Assembly (NCBI RefSeq): GCF_009914755.1
Contig: NC_060934.1
Reading direction: 5' to 3' (one strand)
DNA from: the human T2T-CHM13v2.0 reference genome, Homo sapiens
Length of the DNA stretch: 64,000 nt
Positions 46,504-61,200 of this stretch are shown piece by piece. Below the pieces are notes generated by a model, which was given only the letters and a program-made list of their open reading frames with translations, was not told the DNA's origin and did no database searches. Numbering within the stretch: position 1 is the stretch's first letter; each line of letters starts with the position of its first letter. The translations under genes and the position numbers were made by a program.

Positions 46504-47418
46504 TGGTTTTGGAGATAATTGACAATTCAAAATCTAGCCCTGCTGCTTATTGGCTTTGTGACTTTAGGTAAGGTATGTAAACTCCCTAAGCCTCAAGTTT
46601 CTTACCTGTAAAATAAAGATGATAATAGGAAGTTCTCACAAGGTTGTTCTGAAGCTTAAATAATATCTTACATGTAAACAAATTGATTACATACTAGCTA
46701 TTATTTCTGTTATTTTCTAATAAATGCCACTGTGAAATATTCTGAATTTTGAAATTTAAAAATTGGAAACACATGAGGCAAATTTACACCTATATTTCTA
46801 GTATATTTATTCACCTGATCTCATTTAATTGCTTGAGACATTTTCCTAGAGAATACAAGTATCCTAAGAAAAAATTTTTAAAGGTCTACATAAGTCAGTT
46901 TTTGGCTTACTGCCATACATGTGATAACTCTTAGTGAAAGGTTCATATTAAGTAACAAATATTTTGCACATAAGAAATTTATTAATTTGAGAAAATGTTA
47001 CATCTACAACAGAAAAGTGGTTATAGACATTGAATATATAATAAGCTCACCTTTGGAGTTTTAAAATATATATAAGTAAATGTTATATATGTGCCAAACT
47101 ATCCCAAACAGAATCTCTGGAGATGGGGCATATGTATTTTCAAAAACCTCTCCAAGCTTGAAGACCTACCATAAAGGAGGAGGTTCTAATTTAGTTTGTA
47201 TGAAGTGTGACCTGGACATATAGGAGTTTAAAAAGTCTTCCAAGTTGATTTGAATATGCAGCAAAATTTGAGATCCATGGTTGTAGAGTTTTAAAGCTAA
47301 GAAAGGAGAATAAAAGGAAATGTGTGTTCAGTATATGTAATGACCAGAACAGCATCATGCCCAGTTGAACTTTTAAAATAGCAACTAATTTTTAAAAAAA
47401 AATTGATTTTTTTTTTAA

Positions 47419-47631
<213 letters not shown>

Positions 47632-49480
47632 TATAAATCTGCTGGTCCCACACACTGTTCAAAAATAGACTGCCATTAATGTTTCTTATCTATATCTGTA
47701 TCTATTTATGTAGATATTGGTATATGGCAGATTTATAAAAATTGCATTATGTGTTTCTGCTAATAGAGGAATCATAGCCATTTAGAATTTTTTTTAAATT
47801 CTGTACAAAAGGCTTATATAAGTTTTCTTTGCTGAATTTGATGGATGTTTTTCTGTTGTGTAATCTGATATGCCAGTTTGCTTAAAACATTTGCCAACAC
47901 ATTATGAAGTTATTAAATTTAAGGGACAGAGGTAGTATAGTTAGATATACTTTCTCTTAGGAAAAATAATGGGCAAAAATTTTTGTTGCAACTTTTCATA
48001 TATATTTTCCCCTTACCAATTGTTTTATCCTTATAGTATTGTAGGCCCTGAAAGTAGAATTTTTCTTTAACTTATTTTGAGATTTGAGATTTAAATTTTA
48101 TGTATTGTTTACAGTCAGAGTAAATCACTGGATTTCTTTTGTTTGTTTTGATTTGCTCTGTTTTATTCAGTCAAATCTAGAGTTTGAATCCTCTGCTAAA
48201 GAATTTGCATCCACTGGTGTAAACAGTGAAAGGTATTTGCTTGTTGAAAAAAAAAACTGGCAAAGTGAAAAGATACAGTCAAAAATCTAGAATTTCTTTA
48301 ATTTTGCTTCTCTGACGAGTTGTGAAGCAAAATACCTGAAGTGAGTCTTTGGGTAGGGGAAGGGTATTGAGACCTTTTCTAGTATGAATATTTTTTAAGT
48401 TTGGGGGAAGAGAAACTTGCAGTGAAAAGGAGTTTTTTCATTCCTGAAAGTTGCAGATCCACAAAACTAACAGGATAATTGGGCAAATAAATTACATATA
48501 AACACACACAATCTATATATGTATATACAATGCTATATAGATATGTATTTATTATATCATAAACTACAGTAGGTAACTTTAAGGATTTCTTCCTATCCTT
48601 GTACAATGACATGAATGTCTTTCTTTGAAAACTGCAATGTATGTATGTTTCAAGGTTATTTAACAGTGTACTATGGTTTTATATCTTGACTTGCCTTGTA
48701 CATCTTTCAATTCTGGAATATCTGTGTCTAAGCACAATATCTTCACACTGTGCTGTATTGCTGCTGAACTAAATGCACTTTTCCCCACATATGGGGCACT
48801 GGCTTCAAACAATTCAGTTCAGTATCATTACTTTTAATCTCATCTTTCCTTTCTTGGTAGTTGTTAATACAGTTATGGAAAAGAGGCACATTGCATAGAA
48901 GCCATTGGGGAGTTCAGTGGAAGTTCTGTAAGATGTGCATGTACTATTTGATGCGTTTTCTTTGCTTCACTGCTTTTAATACTTAGCAGTATTGTTGGTC
49001 TAAGTCAATTTGATTATTGAGGAGTCTCAGAGCAAGGTGCGTTCTAGATGTCATCCTAAAAAACACTTCATATATAATTAATCACTATTTTGTATAATTA
49101 CATATTGCTGCTTGTGTGTTTTTTTTTTTTTCCATTTAGTTGGGCGTTGTGTTTTACACAAAACCATTTTTGAATTAAGGCTATGATATTAAGATAGAAA
49201 TTTGGACTGTTGTTCTGCTTTTCCTGGCACTCAAATTCATGACTAGTTTTGAGGTCAAACCTATGTTCGTAATGAGAGATTTTATAAGGATCAACTAAGA
49301 AATGGAAGGCAGGTGAAGATATAAAACCCTAGAATGCTTAAATGTGCTGTAAAACTATTGTAGATGTCACTGGATTTTACCAAGTAATATCCTTTCTTTT
49401 TTTTTTCCCCCCATCTGCTGTGGCTTTTCAGTTAAAATTTTGTTTATAAAAGGAATTTGTTTATTACAGCTCTACCTAGA
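47632..49480 (+). other. SHOC2: SHOC2 3'UTR (AU-rich, no recognisable transposon); end approximate
   Basis: Follows the stop codon; variant signal TATAAA at 49445-49450, then a GU/U-rich tract (gcttgtgtgtttgtgtggtttttt) from 49481. Confidence 0.65.
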
Positions 49481-49505
49481 GCTTGTGTGTTTGTGTGGTT
49501 TTTTA
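49445..49505 (+). terminator. Probable cleavage/polyadenylation site (TATAAA variant plus GU-rich downstream element)
   Basis: TATAAA ~30 nt upstream of a strong TG/T-rich tract. Confidence 0.5.
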
Positions 49506-50387
49506 AATCTCGTATCCAGGTGTGTTTATATATTAAGATGTTGGGACTTGAACTTTAAAGGTAGTAACTAAATGTCTTTTCTTAAAAAAAATGGTTATTG
49601 TTTCTTAAAATGAAAATATGGTTTTTAAAGCATTTTTGTTCCACCTTTATGTTAATCTGTAACAGTAATGTAAAACGATCAGTCTTACATGTAGAAGTCA
49701 TGCTGTGTGTAAACAATATAATGACAAGTTATAAAAAATTTTAAAGAAGTATAAAATGTATATCCTCTGTAGGCTGTCACCTTGTGAGAGCCCACAAATT
49801 TCATTATTTCCCAAGAAACTAAAATGGACTCTGATTAAGATATCCCTGTGAAATCAAGATATTTAATATTTAAATAGTTTGAATATAATAAGGGATATTG
49901 TTGAAGACTACATATGAGCTAATACTTTTTCCTGAAACTGCAATGGGACTAATTGGCATATCCAAAAATTTTCCTTTCCTTTAAAGAAATTATATTTAGT
50001 CTCTCCATGAGACTCAGCAAATAAAATAAGAATGTCCGAGGATGTTACATTATAAAAACATTGCTCTAAACTTTGCTTTTTGTTAATATGTAGCAGAAAA
50101 ATGGCAATGGTAATGCCAAGCTGTCCTTTTCTGAGTTTAATACTTTCTAAATCCCACATGATTATTTTATACAGAAAGGAGGAAGTGCTAAATAATTTAT
50201 GAACTTTATGGATACAAGTGAAAACAGTAGATGATACAGGAAGGGAAAATACACATAAAACATTTATTTGTACTTAAAATGTAGGTATTGCAATGGGAAT
50301 GATCTCTAAAAAATGTAATTGCAAATTTCTAATTTATCTAATTGTGTAGCTTGAATCATTTAAAATAGATAAGTTATTATACATTAA

Positions 50388-50754
<367 letters not shown>

Positions 50755-52099
50755 TCATCTGTTATTGCTAAGCCATGTGTATTGAATCCAAATTTCACCT
50801 TGCAGAATTTATAATTGTTTATTAATAGGAATGTATAGTAACTAAGTATATAAAAGTAGACACTTCTGAAATGAAAAGGGGGCACTACCAATAGTTATAT
50901 AGGGCCAACAGCACAACAGTGGTCTCAGGAAATCAGAATATATGATCACTCTTGCATGATTAAAATTAGATAAAAGTGGATAGCATAATTCAAAATAAAC
51001 TGGAGAAGTATACATTCCTGAAATCTATAAACTTTAAAATGAATTACTTGTGAGGAAAGATCTCCTTCTGCCTTGATCAGAGGATAAGATAGTGTATCAG
51101 ATGTCTTAGCTAAAACTTATCTCTTGCCTTATTCTTTTGAGTAGTTTAGTCTTTAGGAGTCATTGGGAAACGCATGGCAATCTTTAGTTGATTATGTAAT
51201 CTTGGAGAATTTGAATGTGCCAGAGTTGTGACATTGTCTTGGTATCTAAGGGGGTATCTTGAACATTGTTACATTAGGCAAATATGAGAATGTTTTATAA
51301 AATAGTTATCAGTACTTTGTTATTGAATAGAAGGCCTTTCTGAGAAAAATTTCTGGGTTTATTTTTTCACTTTGAAAAATGACTTTAAAAATAAGGGATT
51401 TTTTTAATTTTTAAAAACTGGAGTTAGTTCTCATTACCCTTAAAAAATACTTTCTTTTGTATACACTTATTAAATATCCCACTGACATTATAAGTTCTGA
51501 ATATAAGCGGTTTTGAATTTAAATACCTGTTTGTGATCAAGACTTCATCTGGATAATAGTTTATAGTATTTCAGACTGGAAACGTTTCCAAGTTTGGTAG
51601 GAGGAGTAGCCTCTACTGTTTAGAGTAGTTGGGGCAGGGCATGCCTTATACAGCTTTTGCGGTTTGTGCGGTATACAACAGCATAACATGTTGGGGGTGA
51701 TGTTCATTCACATCATGGATTTGTATATTATCACAGTTTTTTTTAGCAGGTGTTGGTAAAGTTTCTTGTTCTAACAAAATCAATATATTATGTCACATTT
51801 CTGACAGTTAAGAACCTTAAGGAAGGAGCTTTTTTTTGTTTGTTTCTTGCACAATGGCGCAAGTTTGGCTAGAGGGGAGATTCTGTCTTTGTGCAAATTA
51901 TTAGAGTTCCATCCTAGGAATCCTTATGATGTAATAATATTTAAATGGCATTAGAAGCATTTTATATATTATAGGTACTCCAAAAAATCATCTTACTTGG
52001 AAAATCTAATGAGAGTTTTTGGGTGCTTTATCAGTGACCGTCATCATTTAGATGTTCTGTGTTATCTAATTTGCCTTTTATAATTATTGATGTTGTTTC

Positions 52100-52410
52100 T
52101 TTCTTTCTTTTTTTTTTTTTTTTTGAGACAGAGTCTTGCTCTGTAGCCCAGGCTGGAGTGCAGTGGTGCAGTCTTGGCTCACTGCAAGCTCCACGTCCCG
52201 GGATCACACTATTATATTCTCCTGCCTCAGCCTCCTGAGTAGCTGGGACTACAGGTGCCTGTCACCACACCTGGCTAATTTTTTTGTATTTTTAGTAGAG
52301 ACGGGGTTTCACCGTGTTAGCCAGGATGGTCTTGATCTCCTGACTTCGTGATCTGCCCGCCTTGGCCTCCCAAAGTGCTGGGATTACAGACATGAGCCAC
52401 CGCACCCGGC
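52100..52410 (-). mobile_element. AluY/Sc-like with TSD atgttgtttct
   Basis: Antisense dimeric Alu with flanking repeats. Confidence 0.88.
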
Positions 52411-53779
52411 TTATGTTGTTTCTTAAAATGAAAATATAGTTTTTAAAGCATTATGGAGAATTTAACCTTCCACTGGTCTGATCAAACAATATACAAGTAG
52501 CATCTGCATCAGCCATCTATACCATTTTCTTTTTATGATTTCGAAGAAATTATTATTCAAGAAATCTGTCCATTTAGCTAGTACTTAAAACCTGATGTCC
52601 ACTACTAAAAATGTTTTATGTGTGGATCAAATAATTTATTTTAATATTAGTCTTGAATAGAAAAATATACTAATATAGTTTTTTTCACATTTGCTGTTTG
52701 TCTCTTCTTCCACCTCAAAACTCATTTTTAACATAGTTCAGAAAGTTATCTTATAATTGCTAAATAAGAACATGATGATGTATTTAACAGTTTGGATTTT
52801 TCTCCAGGTAAAGATCAGGTTTCCACTGATGTTTAACAGGGCTTGTACTGTGTTAAATACTTAGCTATTCTGAATTATGATTCAAGGCTAAAAGGTATAA
52901 ATAGCCTTCAAATAATGTACTTTGAACTTGAATTATATTGTTGATTATTTCGACTTTATAAAAATGGCCATTTTAGTAAGTCATTCTGTATTGTTATTCA
53001 ATGGAAATAATGTATTTGTAAATGTTCTGCCATAGAGTCTTTGAAAAGATTTCTAATGCTGTGTGTAACTGAAGCTGGACCTGAAGTCAGTCTTTGCAGT
53101 GTCATGAAACCATAAAAATGTGGAACTGAGAGAAATGACTTTTTACTATTATGAAATTCTTCTGGAGAACTTTGAAACAGCAAATGGCATGTAGAAGGTA
53201 TACAGAAATAAGTGCACAAAAACATGCAACATAGTATTTGATACAGTCAGTGGTGTCCTTCATTATAGTTGTTTATGTTGTTTATATATTATTATTTTTA
53301 AAACCCTAAATGTCAGGGTTTTTTTTTGTTGTTGTTGTTATATCCTGTCATGAAGACTGTGCTCTATAATGGAGAAATGAATTCTTAGAAGTCATTCTTC
53401 CATTCTCTGAGCCTTCTAGTCCTAATAGTATTTTTATCATGATCTCCATGTTCTGTAAAGAAAATGTTTTTGTTTTCTTTTGTAAACTTTTATAAGAAAG
53501 TTTGCTCTGACTCAGCTGTTTAGGATGTCATGGTAACTAAAGGTGGAAATTGAGTGCAGGTTTCCTAGAAAAGTAAGTTGTAGTATTGGCTAATTATGTA
53601 AGTTTGTGTTCTAAAATGTTTCACAAAAACAAAAGCTATGAGGATAAAGGAGATAATACCCAATGATAACTATTTAATTGGCTGAAGAAAACTTAAGGAA
53701 GACAACAAATTTTAGTCCTTTGCACAATGTGATTAATTGTCATCTTTCCTGGTATCATTCTTTAATATGTATTTTTAAA

Positions 53780-54290
53780 AACCACTGTGGCTACCTTGAG
53801 AAGAATAGATTGAAGGATATCACAACTAGAGACCAAGAGGCCAGATGAGAGACTGTTAGAGTAATCCAGATGATGGATGACAGTGACTTTGATTGAAATT
53901 TTAGTAATGGGGTGGAAAGAATGACCCTTAAGGGAGTCTTAGCAAGACATATTAGTAAGAAGTAATGATTGAGTGGGTAAAATGACTAAGGATCAAAGAA
54001 TACTCCCAGATTAGTGGCTTAAGCATCTGGGTGTATTTACTAAACTAAGGAAACTTGGCAGAGGACCAGATTCTTTTGGTTTGTTTAGAGGTAGGAAGAA
54101 AATGTGTTTTAGAGCCTGTGGAACATCAAGTGGAGATACCAGGTAAGCAATTGGATACATACATGTTAGGAAGTTAGGCCTGGAAACAGATGATCCAACA
54201 TATAGATGGTAATTGAAACAAGGATTCCCTAGGGAGATCATGTAGGATGGGAAAAAGATGGAATCCCTGATGAACTCCAAAAATCAAGAA
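53780..54290. mobile_element. L2 fragment (other probable L2 remnants ~30980-31380, 58030-58200, 62160-62420)
   Basis: Purine-rich degenerate L2-like motifs (gaagaatagattg, catcaagtggagatacc...ttggatacat). Confidence 0.55.
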
Positions 54291-54952
54291 GTAGCTGTAG
54301 TAGAGGTGAGAAATTGTATTTCCTTAAAGAATTGGGGTGGAGGATGCCAGATGGAGAATGTTAAGGGCAGTATAGGACTGCTTATCCTCTTTATTTAGAT
54401 TTAATTCCCTTAAATCTTCTCTTTAGAAATAACATGTTAAGGATTGAGCTTATTTTTCTGCATTAAAAAAATTTTACCGCTCTTTTCCAGACTTTTAATT
54501 ATTTAATTAACCTGTTTATGCTGGGTTTTCCCTCTTCATTTTGCTCTTTAACTCTTCCTTTATTTTGTGGTTAACCTTGTGGAATAGATTGGGTTTGAGA
54601 TAACTACTAGGTCTAGTTTTTAACTCATCTGCAACTCAGACTGGCTTACCTGATCCAGTTAAAGAATTAGATTTTTTTTCATAGTCTTAGCTTTATTAGC
54701 AAAATTTAGGCCTAGGAAGAGAATAACTGTATTTTGGAGGGGCCCAGTTCTAAAACAGACACACAAAATATTCTGACTTGAAAAGAATACTGTTATAAAA
54801 TATAAAAATAAATTACATTTAAATGATTAGACTATTGGCTCTGTAATGCTTTAGTAGATTGAAGTGATTAGACTGTTAATCTTTTTTACCGGAATTTTTT
54901 AAAGACTGCGTAATTTATTCAAATTAGAAGTGCATATATCTGAGAACATACA

Positions 54953-54986
54953 TACAGTCAAATGCTCTACCCCTGAGTTATACCCC
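54953..54986 (-). pseudogene. Retroposed 5' half of tRNA-Cys(GCA), tailless
   Basis: Reverse complement GGGGTATAACTCAGGGGTAGAGCATTTGACTGTA resembles the tRNA-Cys 5' half up to the anticodon; direct repeats tgagaacata at 54941-54950 and 54987-54996. Confidence 0.85.
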
Positions 54987-57641
54987 TGAGAACATATAAA
55001 TATTATCTTCCAAAGCAGGCATTGTAAATGTCCAGATCTTTTTAAAAAATATTTTATTTGATTGAATAATTTCCTTGTTGAGATTAAAGAATCTAAATGT
55101 TTGGATTTTTTAGTTTAGATTGTATCACTTTGAAAATTAGTTGGAAACCCCAATTTTAATGAAATTTATTTTCTAGAGCAAGAGTGGGGTGGATTTTTAA
55201 TGCTCAGTGTTTTAGACTCTCAATTGCCATATTTCTTATGGCAGAAGTGCACACAGTGTTTGGGGTTTGTTTTGAAATGTAAAGATGTACCATGTGTATA
55301 CACTTGTGTACATACGAATATATGAAAGAGGAGAAAAGGGATAAAAATCATGAAGGTGAAAAATATAAACAAAAGTGAACTTTATGTGTCTCAACTCAAG
55401 CAGGTGACCAGTTTGTCAAGTTCTTCTCTGATTTTCCCTGATTTGGGACCATTATATTTTGCTGAATTTTATTTATTATGTATTCCATGTCTTTTAACTA
55501 GCACTGTTCATTAGTGCAAAATTAAATATTTATTCTATATCTTCTGTTGTCAAACACGCACTATGGACACATAGAAAATTTTGCCCTTAGATCACAAACT
55601 AATGGAATTCACACCTATTTTGAGTAATCTACTTTTTAAAAAGTAAGAATATCTGATTTAACTCAGAGTTCGATTTTTCTAACCTCCAAAGCACCTCCCG
55701 TGACTGTGGAATAAAGGACATCTTGGGGCAAGTGAGAACATTGATTGCCTTTATAGAGACTAAAATGTTAACATTGAAGATTCATGGATGAACCTAGATT
55801 TGAGGTAATCACTGTTTTCTAACAAAATGTTTGGAGATGACTTTTCTTTTTTTCTTTCTGTGATCATCAACTTAGAGGCAAGTCATAAATTTACAGATTT
55901 TGGCCTTTGATGTGCACTTCAAAAGAATACTGTACAGCCAATAATTCTGGGTAACCCTTAATTTATTTGGATTGCAGGTGAGAACTGTAAAAGCAAAATT
56001 TTTCAAATTTTATGTTTTTGTACAATAATTTATCCAGTTAATTTTCTCAGGGCATGATCAGTGTTACCATATTCATTAGGTGTTAGCATAGATGAGATAT
56101 CTAAGAATTAAGCATTGCTGTTTTTCAGTTTATATGCATATAGCCATACATATGTATATTTGTTTCATTTACCACTCTTCATGGAAATTACATTTGTAGG
56201 ACATTTGAATATTATTTACTAAATACCCACTTAAAAAAAATACTGTACTGTAAACAATTCTTCCAAAGGAAGCCTTAAAACAATTTGAGTTCAACAAGAG
56301 TTTGCTTGTGCCTGTGTGCCTTGGCAGTTATTTTATAGCTTTTCTCTACTATATACTATTATGTGTCCAAGAGCAAATTTTTTAAAACAATTTGTATTAC
56401 TACCGTTCCATTTGGGCCACAAGTTAAATTGAGTGTTGTTAAGCACCTACGTTTCTTTTAAACCTTTAAAAACTTGTCATGACAATGTTGGTAATCATTT
56501 TTTACACTTCTTTAGTTTTAGTTTAGTTTGTTTATTTAAGGATCAGTTGTGTATTATTTTAGACAAATAAGTGAATCTCATGTTCCCTTTCCTGATTCTT
56601 TGGTTTCTATGTAAATCTAACTTTATTTTCAGGGAATATCCAGGGCAAGTGAATGAGTTATACATTGATGCAGCGTCATATCAGCATTGAAATTATAACC
56701 TTAGTCTTTCACTCCTTAATCAGTATTCTTTCTACTCCACTGTATTGCCTCACCATCTAAAACATGATATCTGCACTAGGCTAATTGAAATAGGCTAGCC
56801 AGGTGAAAGCTGATAAAGTGGGGCTTTGACTAAAATAGGCTAACCAGGTGAAAGCCATATCAAACACAACTTTTCTCCCATTAATCATCTAACTTGAAAA
56901 AGCATATATTGTAATAGCCATAAATTTGATTAGTTTCACATTTCTTTCCTCCTCATCCTTTTAAACCAAATGCAAGATTAAAGCCACAAAGTGCAAGACT
57001 TAAGTGTATAATCTATAATTTGCATACTTAATTGCTGTTATTTTTGTTTGGGATCTTTCATGTTTATAGGGAGAATATCAAATACAATTTTTGTCTTGGA
57101 CAATGACTTTAGAGTTGTAGTTTCAAAAAAATTACATAGACTGCCGCCTTTCTCTTAGGAAGATAAGACATTATCCCATTTTAAAGTAACCAAATCAAAA
57201 GGTTTTTAAGCCGACTGTCAGATAAACAGTATAGGGGTACTGGGGACCACCTCTCCTAGTATAGTATTCTTTTGATTCTATCACATTGACTGTGATTTTG
57301 TGACTTGGTGATGCTGCTTTAGCCACGATCACATTCTCTTTTCTGAAAATTCAGCTTTAGGAGAGATTGGAGCTGTGCATGCAGCATTAATTAAGAAAGA
57401 GGGCCTCCTGGCTAGCCAATCTGATTGGCTTAGATGAATCCAGGGGGAAAAAAGGAATGACAGGTATTGCAGCCAGATTGCATTTGTTCCAAGACCAAGG
57501 AAGCCAGGTGTCCTGCAATATATATAAATGCAAATTAAAAGTTACCACAGTTGTCTTTTGTAGTATGGTTGATGTATGAGTCTACCATTCAAGTTCATTT
57601 TTTTTTTCTATGACTTTCCTAGGAAAGTCTAAGATACATTT

Positions 57642-57819
57642 TTTCTTTTTCTTTCTTTTTTTTTTTTTAAATGGTGTCTTGCTCTGTCATCCAGGCTGGA
57701 GTGCAGTGGCATGATCATAGCTCACTGCAGCCTCCAACTCCTGGGCTCAAGTGATCCTCCCACCTCTTGTCTCCTGAGTAACGGGGGGACTACAAGCACA
57801 CACTACCATACCCAGCTAA

Positions 57820-57867
<48 letters not shown>

Positions 57868-57991
57868 CATCATCATCATCATTTTGAGTCAGGGTCTTGC
57901 TATGTTGTCCAGGCTGGTCTCAAACTCCTGGGCTCAAGTGATCCTCCCACCTCAGTCTTCTAAATTTCAGGCATAAGCCACTGTGCCCAAC
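57642..57991 (-). mobile_element. AluJ with (TTA)n(TCA)n compound microsatellite in the linker
   Basis: Repeat at ~57822-57882 between two Alu arms. Confidence 0.88.
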
Positions 57992-58214
57992 TGGTATTTT
58001 TTATATCTCGTTTCTTAGGAAGAATCAGTGTGTATATCATTCAGCAAATACCTGAGCACTCACCAACATGCTGAGCGCTGATTTAGGTGCAGGATATGTT
58101 AGCAAACATAACAGACCATAGTTACATTCTAGTAAGGCAAGCAAAAGATAAATATACTAAGTAAATTTTATGATTTATTAAAGGTTGATAAATACTATTT
58201 GTAAAAAACCAATG

Positions 58215-61200
58215 GACTTCTGGTTTCTGATGCAGCATGTAAGGAGCTTGAAAGTTGTCACTCTGTCCTAACAAATAGCTAAACAAACTGAAAATCAACA
58301 ACTCTTCTTAGATCCATCAGAGAATGGAGGTCACAGAGCAAACTGAAGCCCCCCAAATTGGAGAAAGACACGTGGATACAGAGAATCACAACTTACTGGG
58401 AACAAGCAGAAACCTCCGTGGGAACAAAGGGCAGAGTAGGAAAAACCTAAGCTATAATTGATAAACTGCTGGAAGCTCAATGTGAACAAATCTGAGAGTT
58501 AACTTGTTGTGGGGGAAGGTGATGGATATGTTAATTTGATTGTAGTAATTATCACACAATATATGTATATTAAATCATGTACACTTTGAATATATTCGGT
58601 CTTGACGAATACTTTAAAAACAAAACCTTGGAGGGGTATCAAAAATGGATCCCCTCCCTTTTCTGAGTTTTATCTCTAGGAGCCCTACCAGGTTCTCATA
58701 GTGAAGATTGAGAAGAAAAAAACCAAAATCTCATGTTTCCAGCATGGGGAGAGGAAAAGGAACCATTTTGAAATACACCAGAGCATTCTGTATTTCTTAA
58801 CAAAGCCTGGCCTCAAGAGAAATTATTTTACCAGAGCCTAACCTCCTGCCTACCCAATTCAGGGAAAGGGAAATACCCAACTTTAGACACCTCTAGCTTT
58901 CCATGTGGGAGAAGGGAAATCTCCAGTTCTATACTTCTTATCTGACTTAATTGGGAGTGGGGGAGGGGAAGCTAAGAAGCATTTGTTTAGGTCACAGCAC
59001 AGAAGCACTAGCTCACTAAAAGACTGAGACCTAATCCTAGGACTATAGAATGCTTCCCCTCCCCACCACACCTTAGCACTACATCACTAAAGGCCTATTT
59101 ACCTCAGTTCCTTTTAACCAGCACATTGTGGTTAGCTTTCAACAAAAAAATTACAAGGCATACTAAAAAGATAAAAGCACCATTTGAAGACACAGAGCAA
59201 CCATCAGAAGCAGACTCAGATATGACAGATGCTGGAATTATCAGACCAGGAATTTTAAATAAGTAGGATTAATATGCTAAGGGCTCTAATGGAAAAAGTA
59301 GACAGCATGTAGGAATAGGTGGGTAATATTAGCAGAGAGAGAAATTCTACAAAAGAATTACAAATGCTGGAAATAACACTAACAATAAAGAATGATTGGC
59401 TAGTACACTGGGCACAGCTGAGGAAGGAAGCTTGAAGATAATATGTCAGTAGAAACTTCCCAAATAAAAAGCAAAGAGGAGAAAAAACTAACTGGAACCA
59501 AATATCCAAAAACTGTGGGACAACTACAAAAGATGTAATATACATTTAATGAGAAGACCAGAAGAATAAAGGGAAAGAAGCAAGTATTTGAGGAGTAACG
59601 ACTAAGAATTCACAAGATTAATGTCAACCTGCAAGGCTGTTTAAACACCAGACAATCAGTTAATGTAATCCATCACCTTAACAGGCTAAGAAGAAAAATC
59701 ATATATCAATAGATGCAGAAAAAGCATTTGACGAAATCTAGCACTCCTTCGTTACAACTCTTGAGCAAACTAGGAACAGAATAGAACTTACTTAACTTGA
59801 TAAAGAACATCTACCTGAAACCCACAGCTAACATTATATTTACTGGTAAAAAAAACTTGAAGCTTTCCTACGAAGACCAAGAACAAGGGAAGGATGTTCT
59901 CCCTCACAGTTTCTTTTCATTATCTTACTGGAAGTGATAGCTAATGTAATAAGACAAGGAAAGGAAGTAAAAGTCATACAGACTGGGAAGGAAGGAATAA
60001 AACTCTTTGTTTGCAGATGACATGATTGTCTATGGAAAATCCAAAGAAAATGGCAAAAACAACTGATGATAGCAAGTGATTATAGCAAGGTTGCATAATA
60101 CAAGGTTTATATACAAAAGTAAATTGCTTTCCGATACAGAACAAAGAATAATTGGAATTTGAAATTAAAAACATAATACCATTTACATTAGTACCTCTCT
60201 CCCAAAATGAAATACTTTGTTATCAATGAAACAAAATATAAAACACACAGGAGGAAAAATACAGATCTCTAATGATAGAAATAAGAATAAATGAAGAGAG
60301 ATTCCATGTTCATGAATTGGAAGACTTGATATTGTCAAGAAATCCGTTCTTCACAACTTGATCTATAAATTCAACACAATCTCAATTAAAATCCCAGAAA
60401 GTTGTTTTGTGGATATTGACAAACTGATTCTGAAATCTATATGGAGAGGCAAAAGATTCAGAATAGCCAGTGAAATATTTAAAGAGAAGAAAAGAGTCAA
60501 GAGGTCTGACACCACCCAACTTCAAGACTTACTATAAAGCTACTGTAATTAAGACTGGTATTACAAATAGATCAAAGTAACACTATAGAGTCCCCAAAAA
60601 GAGACCCACACAAATATTGTCAACATTTTTGACAAGGAAGCAAAGGCAATTCAGTGGAGTAAGTATAGTTCTTTTCAACGTACAGTGCTGGAACAAGTGG
60701 GGATCCATATGCAAATATAAGCAAATCTAGGCCTTAAACTTTTCACAGAAAGTAACTCAAAATTGGCCATACCTAAATGTAACATGGAAAACTATAAAAC
60801 TCCTAGAAGGAAACCTAGGAGAAAGTCTAGATGCCTTTAGGTCTAGCAGTGACTTTTTAGATACAACACCAAACCACGATTTGTGAAAGACATCATTGGA
60901 TTTTATTAAAATTAAATTTTTGTGTTCTTCAGAAGACACTATCGAGAGAATGAGAACAACAGACTGGGAGAAAATATTTGCTAAAGACATACCTGATAAA
61001 GGACTCACCCAAAATAGACAAACAGCTCTTAAAACTCAGCATAAGAAATGGAACAACCCAATTAAAAAATGAGCAAAAGATCTAAACAGACACCTCACCA
61101 AGAAGATACACAGATAGTAAGTAGGCTCATTAAAAGATGGTCAGCATCCTCTATTAGTTAGGGAATTGCAAATTAAAACAATGAGATATCACTGCACAAC

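Noticed and set aside
54953-54986. Functional tRNA gene
   Set aside because: Only the 5' half is present; no T-arm/B box or acceptor-stem partner.
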